Shown: positions 38,099 to 51,817, counted from the first letter of the whole stretch. The stretch: 63,293 bases of DNA, filler included, from Reclinomonas americana ATCC 50394 (GCA_048213135.1; 12 parts of 12 records of this genome joined end to end with filler, not necessarily neighbours in it); one strand, 5' to 3'. Numbers and translations: made by a program. Notes: generated from the letters alone by a model not told the origin.

Positions 38099-41000
38099 GA
38101 TGAGAGTTCGGCAGCTGATTCGATCATTCAGTTCGGCGCGCCTCGTGTGCGAAGTGTTGAGTCTGGTTCTGGAACTGTGGTCGGCCAGCGATTGCATGCA
38201 TTTTGTTGCGTGCGGGATTCGATTGCTTCGTTTCACCATTGTGCATCGTATTCCTCAATTGTGTGTCTCTTTCTGTCGTTGTACAGGTTGTGAAGCATCA
38301 ACGCGAGGACTCGACATTCTGGGCGAATGCACAGAGAGCACTGTCGCTTGTTGAGGTGCTGGCGAGTGAATCTGGTGCGAGTGGCAGCGGCAGTGCGCTG
38401 GATGAAAGCATGGAAGCAGACGTTGAGTCGCCGGAGCTGTCGGACACGCTGCAGACGGCATTCCGCTTGCGCGCCCTGGCGATTTTGTACCGGCTGGCTG
38501 CGCAGCAGCTGTTTGTCGACCAGGCCACAGCGAGTTGCGTGCAAGTCACGCTCTCTTGCAAGAGAAGTGCGTGTGTGTGTGTGTGCTGACTGGTGGTGCA
38601 CAGGCAAACCACAAACCACACAGGGTGCGTCAAAGAAGGCCGAGTTCCTCAAGCAGTTGCTGCAAGAGGAGCGGTTGCGGCAGTTGATCACGGTGTGCAT
38701 GGACGCATCGCACTTTGAGAAGGTGGCCGCCAGTCGTCGCGAGTGTCGCGAACTGCTGCGCCAGTACAACAACGAGTGGGACGGATCGCGACCGACTGTG
38801 GTGCGTATGTCTAAAGCGGTTGTGCAACAGCGGACCTCTGTTGACTCTTTTTCTTTGTTGAACAGACCATGGAGATGCTGACTGCAATGCAAGCGACGGC
38901 GGAGCGTGCCGAGTCCTCGTACGGACCCAACTACTTGTATCACGAAGAGAAGGGCTTTGTGCTCACTGGCAGCCGTGACTTGCAACGTTGCGTCCGAGAG
39001 AAAACGACGCGAGACTCCTCGCATCGTGCTCACGCGTTGTTGCATCACCAGGCGCCTTGCATCGTCTCAACTTTTACGAATCGCTGTCGGATGCACGCAT
39101 CCAGATGATGCAGTCGGTCTCGCGCGTGCTAATGGTTGTCTTCCCAGCCATGCAGTACCACAATCACACCCTCTCAGTTGTGTCTCATGATGGTGGTCGA
39201 TTGGTGGTGTTGCGCGCCTTTTCTCACGTTCGTGCACAGTCGGCGGTGACGGATGTTCTCAAGATGACGCGTAAGCTGGCCAGCACACTGGTCGAGTTGG
39301 CGAGTCCAACACTGCGTGAGTGCGGCGAATCCCGCGAGGCTCAGTTGCGTTTCTGTTGTGACCACATTCATGTCGGTTTCTGTTTTCTGACACGCGCAAA
39401 TGCAGGCTGCTAATGGAGGAGGTCTCGGGTATCTTCTTGTGCTTGGTGAATGCGTGGACGGATCGAGTTGGCGACGCGGGAGAAGCGGCTCTGGAGCACT
39501 ACGAGGGTGCGCGCTTTCCCGCCACGCACCGTCCTTTGTTTTTGCCATTGCGTGACTCACTGTATCTCCGTGCAGCTCTGCAACGGGTACACGATCGACT
39601 CACCGAGCTGTTGCTCTCTTTGCATCTCGGCAGCCACACCGTGCAGTTCAACATGCTCACTTCGCTGCTCCGTGTGCTGCCGTTTGCGCAGTTGCGAACT
39701 CCCAGACTCGTCTTACGTGTTGCTTCACTCTCACACACGCATATCCTCCCTCAGAGTCGACTCTGTCAGCGGCGACACACTGGTGTACGTGTACGAGCTG
39801 TTTTGCGATCCGGTGGTGCGACCGCTGGCCTCGGGCGTCGTGTGCCAGTACATTTGGCACACCCCGGATGCCACGCGACCGTCGTTGATTCACACCATTT
39901 TCACCCAACTGCCCATGTTGTCGACGGTGGCTGCTGGTGAGCGCATGTGCTTACGTAGGCGTCCCACGCTTGTGTCGTGCTCAATCTCTCGCGGCGTTGT
40001 AGACTTGAGCAGTGAGAGCCGCCAGCGGTCCACGGCTGCGTCGGCGCTTGTGCTTGCCGTGGCACGCACACGTGACGGTGCATTGGCACTGCTGAGTGAG
40101 GGCGTTCTTGCCGACATCATGTCGATGATCTCGCAGGATGCCGGCCCCATTGAGCCGTATCTCGACGACCATGGACACGTTGTGCGCCATCCGCGACATC
40201 GAGTTGCGTACTTGCTGCCGCGTTCGTCTCACTTTTCGCTTGCTGTGGCTGCTGACGTCGCAACGCAGTCATGGTGTGTCATTCTCATGACGATTGCGTC
40301 GATGCTCGAGCAAATTCCCGAGTCGACCGAGATGCAGCATCGTGTCATGTCGTTCTTCGACCTGTGGCAAGACCAGCTGCTGAGGGGCATGCTGGGCGTG
40401 TTTCAGTCGTCTCCATTCCGCCTGGCACGGCTGGAGGAGTGCTTGTGTGTGTGCCGCGTGATTCATGCGTTGTCGTACGTCACGCTGCCGCCACCGCTCT
40501 TTGTCAACAGCTGTCTCCACCTGTTTGCACAGGTCAGTCGTCGAGCCGCGCGGGGAGGGAGAGAGAAGGAATCGTTGTTGATGACCTTCTTCTTGCCCTT
40601 GTGCAGTTTGTGCAAGGCAGTCTGGAGAAGGGGCGCATGCTGGGCATTTTCACGCATCCGCGCGACTTTTTGAAAGCCTTCGACGCCAAGTCGGTGGCCG
40701 AGAAAGTGGCCTACTACGTCGGCAAGGAGAACACACTGGCGGCGCCGTCGGGCGATGAGGTCACTCCGCCCACCAACGGTCGCACCGGGCGTCGAATGAT
40801 GCACTCGCAACACTTCCCCGGATCACCGAGCTTCTCGCAACCGGCGGGGGCGTGGCCTACGTCCAGCATCCAGCTCAGCGGCGCAGCATCGTGAGTGCTG
40901 CATTGGTGGAGAGTTGCATGACTGTGGCTGCCGCCAACTCACTCTTTCGATAGAAAACCGGGCGGTGCCGTGGAGGACAGTCCGATCAACAATGCTGCGC

Positions 41001-41962
41001 TGATGGAGGGCGAGTTTGAAGTGTCCAAGGACGGTTTCGAGCCACTGGCCGAGCGGTACTCGCTGTCGGTGGTGCACACGCTTCTTGGCGTGTTCAACAA
41101 CCTCGCGCCACCGGCGTTCTCGTCGTCCTTCTCGGCTGAGGTGTGTGTCGATGCTGGGAGGGTGGGGCTGCATCATATACAAGTGAGTCATGGCACTCGT
41201 ACAGAGACATGGCCTTCTGTTCAAGCTGGAATCGTCGTCGGACGGCATGCCGAGTCTGCGCACGTTGCGCACGTGCATCCTTGGTGCGTCTGATGCGCTG
41301 CGCAATCGGGTGAAGAAGAACGACAAGGTGTGTGCCCGTCACCATATACTCTCTCTCTCTCTCTCTGTGTGTGCTCCTCACCCGCGAGAGCTTCGTTAAC
41401 AGGGTCGGCATCAGCGAGTGGTACGGACGTTGCTGTTGCAGATTCTCGAGCACAGTCTGTACGTGCTGTTGTGTGATACGGAGACGTACTATCGCAACTA
41501 CCGATCGCATGTTTCGTACGTTTTTATTCTCGCGCCGTGCTGGCACTTGCTGATGAACCTTGTGTGCAGGGCATGTTCTCGAATCAGAAGAACTTGGTGG
41601 TCAGTGTGGCCCGCGAGTTGTCGGCCGAGTTGGAAATGCTGCTCGGCAAGCTGACCGACTTGAGTGTCGACTCCAACCCCACTCCGCTGACACCAGCGCC
41701 GTCCCTCGAGCCTCCTCGAGTTGCGTCGCACTGCGTACCGCAAGAGAGAGAGAGAGAGACGCTCACGTTCGTTTCACTCGCACAGTTCGAGGCCGACGCT
41801 GGCTCGCCGTCTGCGGCCTCCGGTTCGCACTCGTTCGAGGGCGGCAGCGCCCCGCAATCGGGAGCCAAGATGCGCGAGTTCCTGGTCGAGACGCGTCAGT
41901 ACCTCATCTCGCGCATCGCCAAGCTGCAAGACACGGGTGGTAGTGTGCTGGGGATAGTATGA
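32877..41962 (+). CDS. NUP188: Nucleoporin Nup188-like scaffold protein (~40 exons) with an inserted RING finger
   Basis: Collinear matches to Nup188 motifs: YMEERRLMVQCL, WSVQRVRERRELL, APLLQLL, IPQFT..DEAWYLLTW, EQQVTLYPATQAFL, WTYQRLSERW, PPSLVGYLG, QPGLAGYFL, YGPNYLY, SLSDARIQ. Confidence 0.82.
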
Positions 41963-42047
41963 TTCAATCAATTGCAATGAAGGACGCGAGCTCCGTTATG
42001 TAAAATAGCTGAGTGGAATCATAACAAGCGCAGGGAGAGTGGGATCC

Positions 42048-42554
42048 ATGGGAGCCGCCTCCTCCAGGAGTTGCAGAACGCAAGGGGAGTTTGCCTCTCC
42101 ACATTCTTTCAGCGAAGCGCGTGGAATGCTGCGTATCGGAGGTGCCATTGTGATCACCGCACGAGGTGACGACGACGAGGTGAGTACGCGCGACAATCGG
42201 TGCGCGTGCTACTCACTATCGCGTCTTCCTTTTTATTGCCTCTTGGTGTTCTCGAGCTCAACATCATCCGTTCGCCCTACGCAGACAACTGTTGAACTCA
42301 AGTGCGCCTCCACTGAGGATGTTCACATGGATGCCACCGTTGGAGACGTGCACATCACCGCCTACGGCCGGGTTGTGAAGTCTGACGACACATGTTTGAC
42401 GATATTCGGGAAGTTCGAGGCGGCCGAGCCCGGGTCCCATCGTCGTGTTGCCAGCGCCGGGACCTGCTTCATTCGCATTTGCCGCGATCACCTCGAGCTG
42501 ACTGTGGAGGGTGTCGCCAGCCGGCCATTGATAGCTGCCCTTGAGTGGCGGTGA
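42048..42554 (+). CDS. Small hypothetical protein, two exons, possible N-myristoylation signal (MGAASS)
   Basis: ATG at 42048, GT-AG intron 42180-42284, coding-like composition; no recognisable family. Confidence 0.5.
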   Translation: MGAASSRSCRTQGEFASPHSFSEARGMLRIGGAIVITARGDDDEVSTRDNRCACYSLSRLPFYCLLVFSSSTSSVRPTQTTVELKCASTEDVHMDATVGDVHITAYGRVVKSDDTCLTIFGKFEAAEPGSHRRVASAGTCFIRICRDHLELTVEGVASRPLIAALEWR

Positions 42555-42621
42555 CGCTGTAGCTCCACGTGATCGCAGTGCGCACCATGTTGCCTTCATG
42601 CACTGACCAGCTCACGCAAAT

Positions 42622-44189
42622 CTACGACGATCCGAACGCGACGGCGAGATTCCACACCCGCACGCTGCCGGTCCGATCGGCGGAGACCACCTTGTCGCTC
42701 CCGACGAGCGTCGTGAAGTAAATCTGCTCCTTGTGGCCAGCCAGGAGCATAATGGTCTTTCCGGTTAACACATCCCACACGCGAATGTGGCCCTCTGCAC
42801 ACAACGCAAAAAGTTCAGCATCGACGGTGTGTGCACAGTCAGAAGCGGGGCAACGAGTCACCTGCGTCGGAAGACACGAGCCGCTTCCCGCTATCGGCAA
42901 GCACCAGGCACTGCAGGTTTCCGGCGTGCCCAGTGAAACGGCGCATCATTATGCGGTCGGCACTTGCCACTGTCATCTCGCACACATTGAAGCCTACTCC
43001 GCCAGTCCACAGCATGGAGGCACTGGAGAAGCACAGGGCCCACGAGTGCGCCGGGATCGGTATGCTCCTCAGGTACTCACCGCTTTGAGTTGAAAACAGA
43101 CTGATGACACCCTTTGAGGAGAAGTCGTCGGCCGTTTCGCTGGGCACATCGTGACTAACGGCCAGCAGCTGGTCGTCCGGCGAGAGTGCCATGCTGAAAA
43201 CACACACTTCGCCGGTGCACCGCAGAGGCGCCACCTCAACGCCGGTGAGTCCGTCCAGTTGCTCGATCGTGTCCACATGCATTGTGCCGACAAACACTTG
43301 TCGCTGATCGCGCGTTGCGCACATTCCGCGCAGATCGCGCTCCTTCTCGCGCGTGGCCCACACCAGCTGCGGCCGCTCGCCCAGCTCCCACAACTGCAGA
43401 GACGAGAAAGTGTCGTACTTCTCGTCGGTTCGTTCAGTTCCCACCAGCAATCGACTGTCGCTGATGAACTGCAGGCGGCCAACAGCGTGGCTGGCGACAA
43501 AGGAGCACACAGGCCGATAATCGCCGTCGGCCGAGAGCACCTCCACGCGACCAGTGTCGTAGCCGATGGCGAACACGGACGAGAATGGTGAGCCGACGGC
43601 TGTGTTGATGGATTCCGCCGACATGCTCCACTCTGCCTCGATTGCCGGCGGCAGCTCATGACTGGTCGCAGCGATGCAGCATTGAGTCTCACTCTCATGC
43701 ACTCTACTCTCACTCCCCCGCCTGCAGTTCACGCAACGTCGACACGGCGATCAACTCCAAGGTTACGGTCCTCTTGATTCCGAGATCCGCCAGCACCTTG
43801 CTGCGTGCACTCTTTGCTGCACACTTGGCCGGCTTCTTCACACCCGTGACAACCACGGTGGGATCGCCACTGAGCTCCCGCAGCTCCTCTTGAAAGCCGG
43901 TGAGCAGATCGTCGAGTGTGGCCGTGTTCGGCAGTGTGTCGACGCTGGCAAAGAACGACGAGGTGACGCCTTGACCAATGGGCAGCGTGGCTCGGGCGCC
44001 AGCGGAGACGAGCTGCGCACAGAGAGAGTGAGAAGGGAGCGAGAGAGACAACAAGCGAGGTTGTCTCTCTCACACCTGCTCCTTCTTGGCTCGCTTCTTT
44101 GGCGGCGCCTTGGACGCGGATGCAGCAGCCGCTCCAGAGGAAGAAGCGCCATCGTCGTCAGTGGCAGAGGTCTTGCGCGCGCGCTTCAT
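42622..44189 (-). CDS. WD40-repeat protein with an N-terminal bipartite NLS-like segment and an unknown ~100-aa domain
   Basis: MKRARK...PPKKRAKK; degenerate WD repeats (FTGHAGNLQCL..IRVWD, LAGHKEQI..VRVWN); 4 exons in consistent phases. Confidence 0.8.
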
Positions 44190-44249
44190 GGCGGAAAAAC
44201 TCGATCACTGGTCGCACGGATCGACGGACATCACTCACATAACAGCACA

Positions 44250-47200
44250 ATGAGCGACACCGCAGAGGTCTTCTGCTGCTGCCTGCCTGCCTGCCTGTGT
44301 GTCAACATACTCTCACTCTCTGTCTCTTGCGCAGGGACACGAGGCCGCAGCGCCCACAGACGCACCTCCCGATGTGAGCGTGGAGCCGCACGCGCAGGAG
44401 CCCAGTGAGAAGACGAGAGAAGAAGAAGAAGAGGAAGACGAGGCAGTAGCAAAGACACCGCCGCTNNNNNNNNNNNNNNNNNNNNNNNNNNNNNNNNNNN
44501 NNNNNNNNNTTAATTAATTAANNNNNNNNNNNNNNNNNNNNNNNNNNNNNNNNNNNNNNNNNNNNCTTCTTCTCTCTCTCTCTCCTCCTCTCTTCTCTCT
44601 CTCTCCTCTCTCTCTTCTCTCTCCTCCTCTCTCTCTCTCTCTCTCCTCCTCTCTCCTCCTCTCTCCTCCTCTCTCTCCTCCTCTCTCTCCCTCCTCTCTC
44701 TCTCTCTCACCCTGTGCATCACGCAGGCGCTGAGCGAAAAGCACCCGGCTCTGCGCGACATTGACTACGATTGGGTGATCAGTGAGCTCGTGCGGCTGCA
44801 GAACGAGTACCGGCAGCTGTTTGACGGCGATGACGCCTCGGTGCGCGAACGAGCAGAGGTGGCCATTTTCACTTCTGTGGTTCTCATGAGACCACTTCTC
44901 TCCCCATTTTGCAGCTGTCATCAATTGCCGCAGCGCGATCCGACGATGAGACATCGGCGGCGGCGGCGGCTTCGGCGCGCGACACGCAACCGCCGAGTGT
45001 ACGAGCATCGTTTCGTACACGCGCGTGCATGTTCTTATTTGTGTGACGCCGCGCTCACCTCTGTATGTGTCCACAGGCGACGGTACAGAGTGGCCACCGA
45101 GGACGTGTCACTTGGGGAGTTGTCGTCGGAGCGACTGCAGAAGAGCGTCAGTGGCGTCCTGAACGTGATTGAGAAGAAGCGTGACTTTGACGTGAAGCTG
45201 CGCTCGGTGCCGGAGCTGTGCGCGCCGTACTTTGTCGAGGCCGAGGCCCTGATGCGCGAGCTGCACACGTACTTTAACATTCCGGCCACCCTGCTGGCTC
45301 TCGAACTCGACGACGCTCCCGTCACTGCAGGTGCGTGTGGTTGAGTTTTCTTTGTATCCGCAGCTGATTGTCACTCACTCACACGCTCTCTGTCATCAGT
45401 GCCATTCACCGAGACCTCGGTCCTCACCATCGGCAGCACTCCGTTGATGAATTTCAACATGGAAGCGGAAGCGTTTCGTGTGACTCCTTTTCGTGACTCT
45501 TCCGTCAACCCATGCTGACGGTTGTGCAGTCGTGCGAGACACGGTCGACTGGACGGAGTGAGTGACGTGCGTCAGGCGCGATACTGTCGCACGCGGCAAT
45601 CGCGGCCGGTGAGTGCCGACACACTGCGATGCTGTAATATGCTGTCTCTCCCTCCCCTCACGCAATCACCGCTCGTCAGATTGTGCTGTTGCCCGGACGT
45701 CCGCCATCGCCCACGGGGCAGGAGTCGCGCTCGGCGGCAGCGCCGGCCGCCGGTAGCCAGCGGCCGAGCGCAACTGAGGATCGGTGTGTGCGGTGTGCGC
45801 CTGGACAACTGGTCTTCTTCCTCACTTGTCTATTTGTGTGTTCCCAGGTCGGAGGGAGCCAGTGGATCTCAAAGGCACGGCGACGAGGATGACTATGGTT
45901 TGCTGGATTTGCCACTTGTATGTGTGCGTGCATGTGCATCTGCTGAGCAGGGAATTCGTTGCCTCCTGCGCAGAGGATGAGGCATCCGAGTCGGGCGGAC
46001 GGGCGACGGCTGCCGGAGGCGACGGCACGGAATCGCAGACGGCCTCGGCTGCTGCTGCGTCGACCGCCACCGCCGCCGCTGCCGCTGTCCCACCCAACAA
46101 GCAATTCTTGCGGTGCGTTCTGTGACCACAGCTTGTCAACCACTGCCTTTCTCCTGAAAACTCTTCTTGCCCTTCTTGCAGCCTGCCGCGCCAGTCGTTC
46201 TTCCGCAGTCTCAGCGACGAGCTGCCGATGGGCTTCGGACTGCTGCGCTTCCAGCGCAACTGGCCCTGGGCAAAGCACATTTACTACAGCCTGCTTGTCG
46301 GCCGTCCGGTGATTGTGTACGCCAGCGACAAGATGGGAGAGTTGCGTGACATTGCGTGCATGCTGGTCACGTCGGTTATCTTGCTGCTGATAACGCTCCA
46401 CGCAGAACCGCACGCCGCATCGTGTACTTGCTGTCGACACTGGTCCCCATGCCCCTGGTCACGCCACATCCGTACGCTGGCGTAGTCGTGCCTGGTGTGC
46501 CGAGTGGCGAAGGGTACGTACTCGTACACACATCGTCTTGTTGTGAAGCGCGCGTCCTCACTGTTTCCGTGACAGATCTCGCGATCCGGCCTCGGCGCCG
46601 CTGCCAACCTGCGACGTGGAGTCGTGGCACACGTGCATCGAATTGTGGCGCACGTGTCCACTCACGGTGGCCGACCTCAATCGTGTGCGTCTGGTCGGTC
46701 TCTCCAAGCACGTGCAGTTGGCCAAGGCCGTGAGGGTTTGTTTGCAGCGCGCAGTGGCCCCTTTTTTCGGAGTGCAGTGGCTCATCCCGTCATACGCATA
46801 CAGAAATACGCCACCGTATACGACCTGGATCAACTGACGCTGGTGAGTCCCGAGTACAAGGGTCGCCTGCTGGACACGGTCACCAGCACGCGAAAACAGT
46901 GGCCGGTGCGTTTCCTTTTCCTTAGCCATTTCCACGGATGGCTTCTCACTGCTCTCCGTGCATCACAGAACGAGCACACGTTCCTTGCCTACTTGCACTC
47001 GCTGCTGTTTGAGACCACATTCAAATCCGTGCTGTACTACTACTTTCACAACCTGCGCGACGTACTGGACGATGCACCGCCCATACCGCAGTTGCCACCG
47101 GCGCTACTGGGTGCCGAGGGCCGGCGCTATCCGTACCAGAGCCTGGCGGCGTATGCCAAGCCGATGAAGGCGACTGGAAGGTAGCAAAAAATGTCGTGCA

Positions 47201-48275
47201 GCCGTTCCTCCACCACGTACTCACGGGCCAGCTGCTTGCAGTCCCGGCCGACCCACACGCGTCACAGCCAAGCAGAGCCGAAAGCACGCACCACAACGTG
47301 CCCCGCCGAGCCGACGACCGCTGTCCATGAACACGGGTGATGCGTCGGTCGCCTCCGAGGCCTCGAACGTCTCTCCGAATCCGTCGCCACAAATCACACC
47401 GCGTCGTGCCGCAGCCGACGACGAGTCGCCACGCACACCCGGCACAGTCGGCACCGCGTCGGGAGCCAACGCAGCGTCGTCCTCGTCCTCGTCGCTGCTG
47501 CCTCGAAGGCCAACACCAAACGCCACACCGCACGGCAGCGGTGAAGCGCCGACGTACATTGATTTCAACAGCAGCTTCCAGGACGACGATGAGGAGCTGG
47601 GCGAAGAGGAGGATGTGGACGACATGGATGAGGACGATTTCGAGTCGTCGACACACAGCGAATCGGTCGCCGGTGCATCTGGTTATCACGGGTGCGTTGT
47701 GCAATCAAGAGCGTTTTTGTTTTTGTCTCACGCCCACTCACTGTCTCATTTTTGTAGTGGCGGCGGTGGGGGTGGTGGCGGTGGTGGTGGCGGTGGTGCT
47801 GAGGGAGGACGCTCGTCGCCACCTGCTGCCTTTTCTCGTGTCCCGATTCGCTCCCAGTCAGTGGACGCGCTGATGCACGCCGAGGAGGCGGCCATGCAGG
47901 CGGGATCCGCAGCGGCTGGCGGCATGGGTGGCAATGGTGGATTGGGTTCCGAGAGCAGCAGCATTCGTGCCGCGGCTCCGGTTGTCGGTGGTGGTGGTGG
48001 TGGTGGTGGTGGTGGTGCAGGCGGTGGTGGCGGTGCGGTATCCTCGCCTGCACGGTCGACAGGCAGTCGGTCGTCTCGGCGGTCAGGTGAGCATGTTGCA
48101 TGCGATCGGTCTCGAGAATGTGTGTGGAGAGCTGACGGTGTTGTGTGTGGTAGGAGCGAGCGCTGCGGGCGCCCAACTGCCCGTGTTCACGCTCAACTTT
48201 GACGAGAAGGCGCTGTTTAACGATCTGGGCGTGGCGCACGGGGACAGCCAGATTGTGAAGGGCTTTTCGGAATTT
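44250..48275 (+). CDS. SMCR8: SMCR8-like DENN-family protein (partial, gaps at both ends; assignment of exons 44250-44465 uncertain)
   Basis: LLRFQRNWPWAKHIYYSLLVGRPVIV, RIVYLLSTLVP, PLTVADLNRVRLVGL, YDLDQLTLVSPEYKGRLL, FKSVLYY and LGVAHGDSQIV parallel the SMCR8 C-terminal DENN region. Confidence 0.75.
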
Positions 48276-48459
48276 NNNNNNNNNNNNNNNNNNNNNNNNN
48301 NNNNNNNNNNNNNNNNNNNTTAATTAATTAANNNNNNNNNNNNNNNNNNNNNNNNNNNNNNNNNNNNNNNNNNNNCCAACGAGCTCCGACACAAACAGCA
48401 GCAGCAGCAGCAAGCACAGATGGGGCATGACATTTCTACGACGTCGTCGCCACTTGATT

Positions 48460-50600
48460 TCAGCGAGCGCCGCGATGTTCACTGTCCGCACTCTTGTGAT
48501 TGTGGCCGCCTTGCAGCAGCACACGCGCCGTGCGCGGCCGCAGCATCATGACCGGATCGTGAGGCGTCGTCTTGCTGCCGTCCGCCGTCCGAGTAGTGGC
48601 GGTGATGACGGCTGCTTCCTCCGTGACGGTGGCAGAGGGAGCGCTCTTTGTTGGCGACTTGCCAGAACCCCTGCGTGGCGCACAACAGCGTCAGCATCGA
48701 GCACTGTGCGCGAGGAGGAATGATTCCGCACGACGAAACTTTTTCAGGCCCTGCAAAATCATGTTGAACCACATGAGATTGAGGAAGCACACGCCGGCGA
48801 TGCATCCGCCGACCACAATGGGACCGACCCAGCCGGCGACGCGGAGAAGGTCGGGGAAGCTGCTGATGACGCAGTAGACGAGCCACGGCATGCCGATAAT
48901 GCGCACAAGGAAGAACGAGATGCCCATGGCGTACGACGACCGCGTGAACCACACGCTCTCCTTGTGACCCGCTATTGGTGAAGAAGTGAGACGACGACGA
49001 TGCTGTGTGACTCAACGATCGGCGCCTGCACGCAACTCTCCAGCAAGAACCACCGAATATTGACAAACGGCGTCGACAACTCGGTGAACAGGAACAGGAG
49101 CACAACGCCCTCAGACGACGGTTTGTGCTGGACGGGGAATTTCTTGGCGATCAGCGCAAGCAAAAGTGTCACACAAGCATACGCAGCCGTCACTCACCAG
49201 GGAGATCATAAAGGCACCGGCGGCCATGGTGTGATGCAGCAGCGTACTGAGCACACTGGTAAAGTGGCGATGGAAGACGGCCACAATGGCGAAATCGGCC
49301 ACGAAGTAGCCAGCCGAGTACGCCGACACCAACTTGCCGATGAACGAGTGCGTGAAGCAGTACGAGCCCCACACATGCGGCATCTCCGTGGCAAACACGA
49401 ACACAGTGCCGAGGCCAGTGACAATCGCATGAATGGTCGACACAATGCTGCAAACGAGAGAGGGAGAGAATGAATAGTCACGAATTGCATGTTCCAACTC
49501 CGACGCGCGCGCGCTCCCCCCCTTCCTCTACAACAACCACAGCAACGCGACAAGCACGCGAGGGGGAGGCGCCGGAAGAGCAGCCACTTCCACTGTTGCA
49601 CATGCGGAAAATAATGGACTGCAGCACTCACTGCGTCTCAACTCCGACGCTGATCCACAATGGCAACGACACACGCCAGAAAAGAGAGAGAATCGAAGCT
49701 CGCACAGCACCAGCGGAGACACCAGATGCACACACACCAGCAAGCATGCACGTGTACACGCACAAGACACAGACACAGAGAGCACGCGGCGAGGGACAAG
49801 TATGCAGCAGATCACATAACACACAGATGCGCATCCCACATGGAGCCACAGAGATCACCTCTGCTCTCCCCTCTCTGTCTCCCTCCCTCTCCCTCCCTCT
49901 CTCTGTACGTCGCACTCACCGCGTATTCCACTCAATCTTGTGCTGCGATCGCTCTCCATACGACTCGGGCATCACCACGCGGAAGACCAGATGCGAGATG
50001 GCATTGAGCAGCAAGTGCGCCACGAATGACACAACAAGCAGAAGACTGTGAATCAAGGAGGGAGAGAGAGAGAGAGAAGAGAGAGGAACGCACAAAGAAA
50101 GTGTCAGTAAGTGGCCATGTGCATGTCGGGAAACGGACATAGCACTCTCTTCTGCGCGTCTCTCGCTCTCTCTGTGCCAGCGTGTGTGCCTTCTTCCGCT
50201 TGCTGTCACTGCTGTCATGCGTGTCACACCCGACAATAACAACAACACCGCGTGGAAAAGACAAGAGAGAGCGCGACACAGAAAGAGACAGACAATTCCG
50301 CGCTCTGTTCCTCAGCAACACGCTCTCCAGCAGCCAGTAGTGAGCACACAGCACACACGAGCGTGCGTGCGGCGAACACACGCACACAACATGCAAAAAG
50401 AATATTCACTTTTATCACGCGTGCACACACTCTCTGCGCACTCTCTCTCACCGATAAGGATTGTCGACAAGAAGCGCGGGAACGCCCCATTGACGCGCCG
50501 AGTCGGCCAGGTCGGTTTCCGTGAAGCCGAGCAGAGGGTGTGTGAAGCCGAGATCCGACGACGGAACCATGTGCATCACTTCAGTCACAACTGTCTCCAT
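48460..50600 (-). CDS. TLC (TRAM/LAG1/CLN8)-domain membrane protein, TMEM56/TLCD4-like
   Basis: KIEWNTR|IVSTIHA, SAGYFVAD, LLHH, TELSTPFVNIRWFL, FFLVRI, LNLMWFNMI. Frame of the last exon is less certain. Confidence 0.88.
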
Positions 50601-50894
50601 CTTTTTCAAGAGTGTGTGTATATGTGTGCGTAGAGGTAGTGGTACGGGTGGGTGGCAAGGAGGGAAAGGTGATTGTATCTTCTCACACGGTGATGAAAGT
50701 GGCTATTTTGAAAATGCGCGGGAAACAAATGTCCTTTCAAGCCCGAAGTGCATTCAACAAACAAGCAACAGCTGTCTTGATGATGACCATCAGCGCAAAC
50801 GCCAATCTCGAGGGCAATTGTAATTGTATAAGTTTTCTTGCGCGAACAAACACGAGAACTTCAATCTTCTGCGACGGTCGACGACCATTCACTT

Positions 50895-51817
50895 TTACTT
50901 ACTCGCCGACGCGGCGTCGTCTTCGCCGGGCCACAGGTGCAGAATTGGGCGCGCGCCTACCTTGTCCATGCATTGCAGCACGAGATCGATAATGACCTTT
51001 TCGACGTCGTCCATGGACCGCGACGCGTCAATCACCTCCCATTGCGTGCTGGTCGGCGACGAGATCGCTGCGTGGTGGTGTCGTGCGGCAAGTTCTGCAT
51101 ATGTGGCTTGCACGACGCGCTGCACTTCGAGCTTCTCGTAACGCTCTTCGCCGTATCCGCCGCGCTTGGTCGCTGCCTTCCCAGTCAACGACGACGGCAC
51201 GTGAGAGAGAAAGCGTGTGTCTTGCAGCTGCGTACCTTCTTCGACAGGCATGTCGAGCTGCAGCACGAGATCGGCTGCCGGCAGACCCGTCTCGCATCGC
51301 ATGCACCAATCGAGCGACACCACGCCCTTGGCCGCCGTAAACACCACTCCCGAGTACGAGTAACGATCGCAGATCACTGTCGAACCCGACTCCAACGCCC
51401 GTCGAATGTCATTGCTGCGGGCGTCGTGTAAGCGCCTGCATTGGATCGATGGCAAACCCCCTCTTCTTTTGACGCACACTCGCTCCCATCGATTGGCGGC
51501 AAACAGCAGGTGCACCGCGTGGTCCTCCACCTCTGAGCGATTGGCCAAGTAGGCGCCACACAGCTCACCAGCTGGCGTACTGCGATCGGGGAAGCGCATG
51601 TATGTCGGAGGAGCAGGCAGTGACTCCACTGCAGTGAGTGAGTGAGCAGAAGGCACAACGAGAGAGAAAGAGAGAGAGGGTGGGGGCGAACCCATGTCTC
51701 GCAGTCGCGTAAGCAGTCGCTGACACTGTGCGACGAGTGAGTGATGTGCGAGAGAGAAGGGAGAGAAGGGAGAGCATGAGACTTGCCTGCGTGCTCTTGC
51801 CGCATCGATCCACGCCC
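50895..51817 (-). CDS. DTYMK: Thymidylate (dTMP) kinase (first exon in gap)
   Basis: P-loop GVDRCGKSTQ, RFPDRST, HLLFAANRWE, DRYSYSGVVFTAAKG, GLPAADLV, RGGYGEERYE. Confidence 0.93.

Noticed and set aside
42622..44189. WD40 gene divergent from SMCR8 as its partner WDR41
   Set aside because: No recognisable WDR41 similarity by eye, and an NLS-like N-terminus argues for a nuclear protein. An HMM search would settle it.
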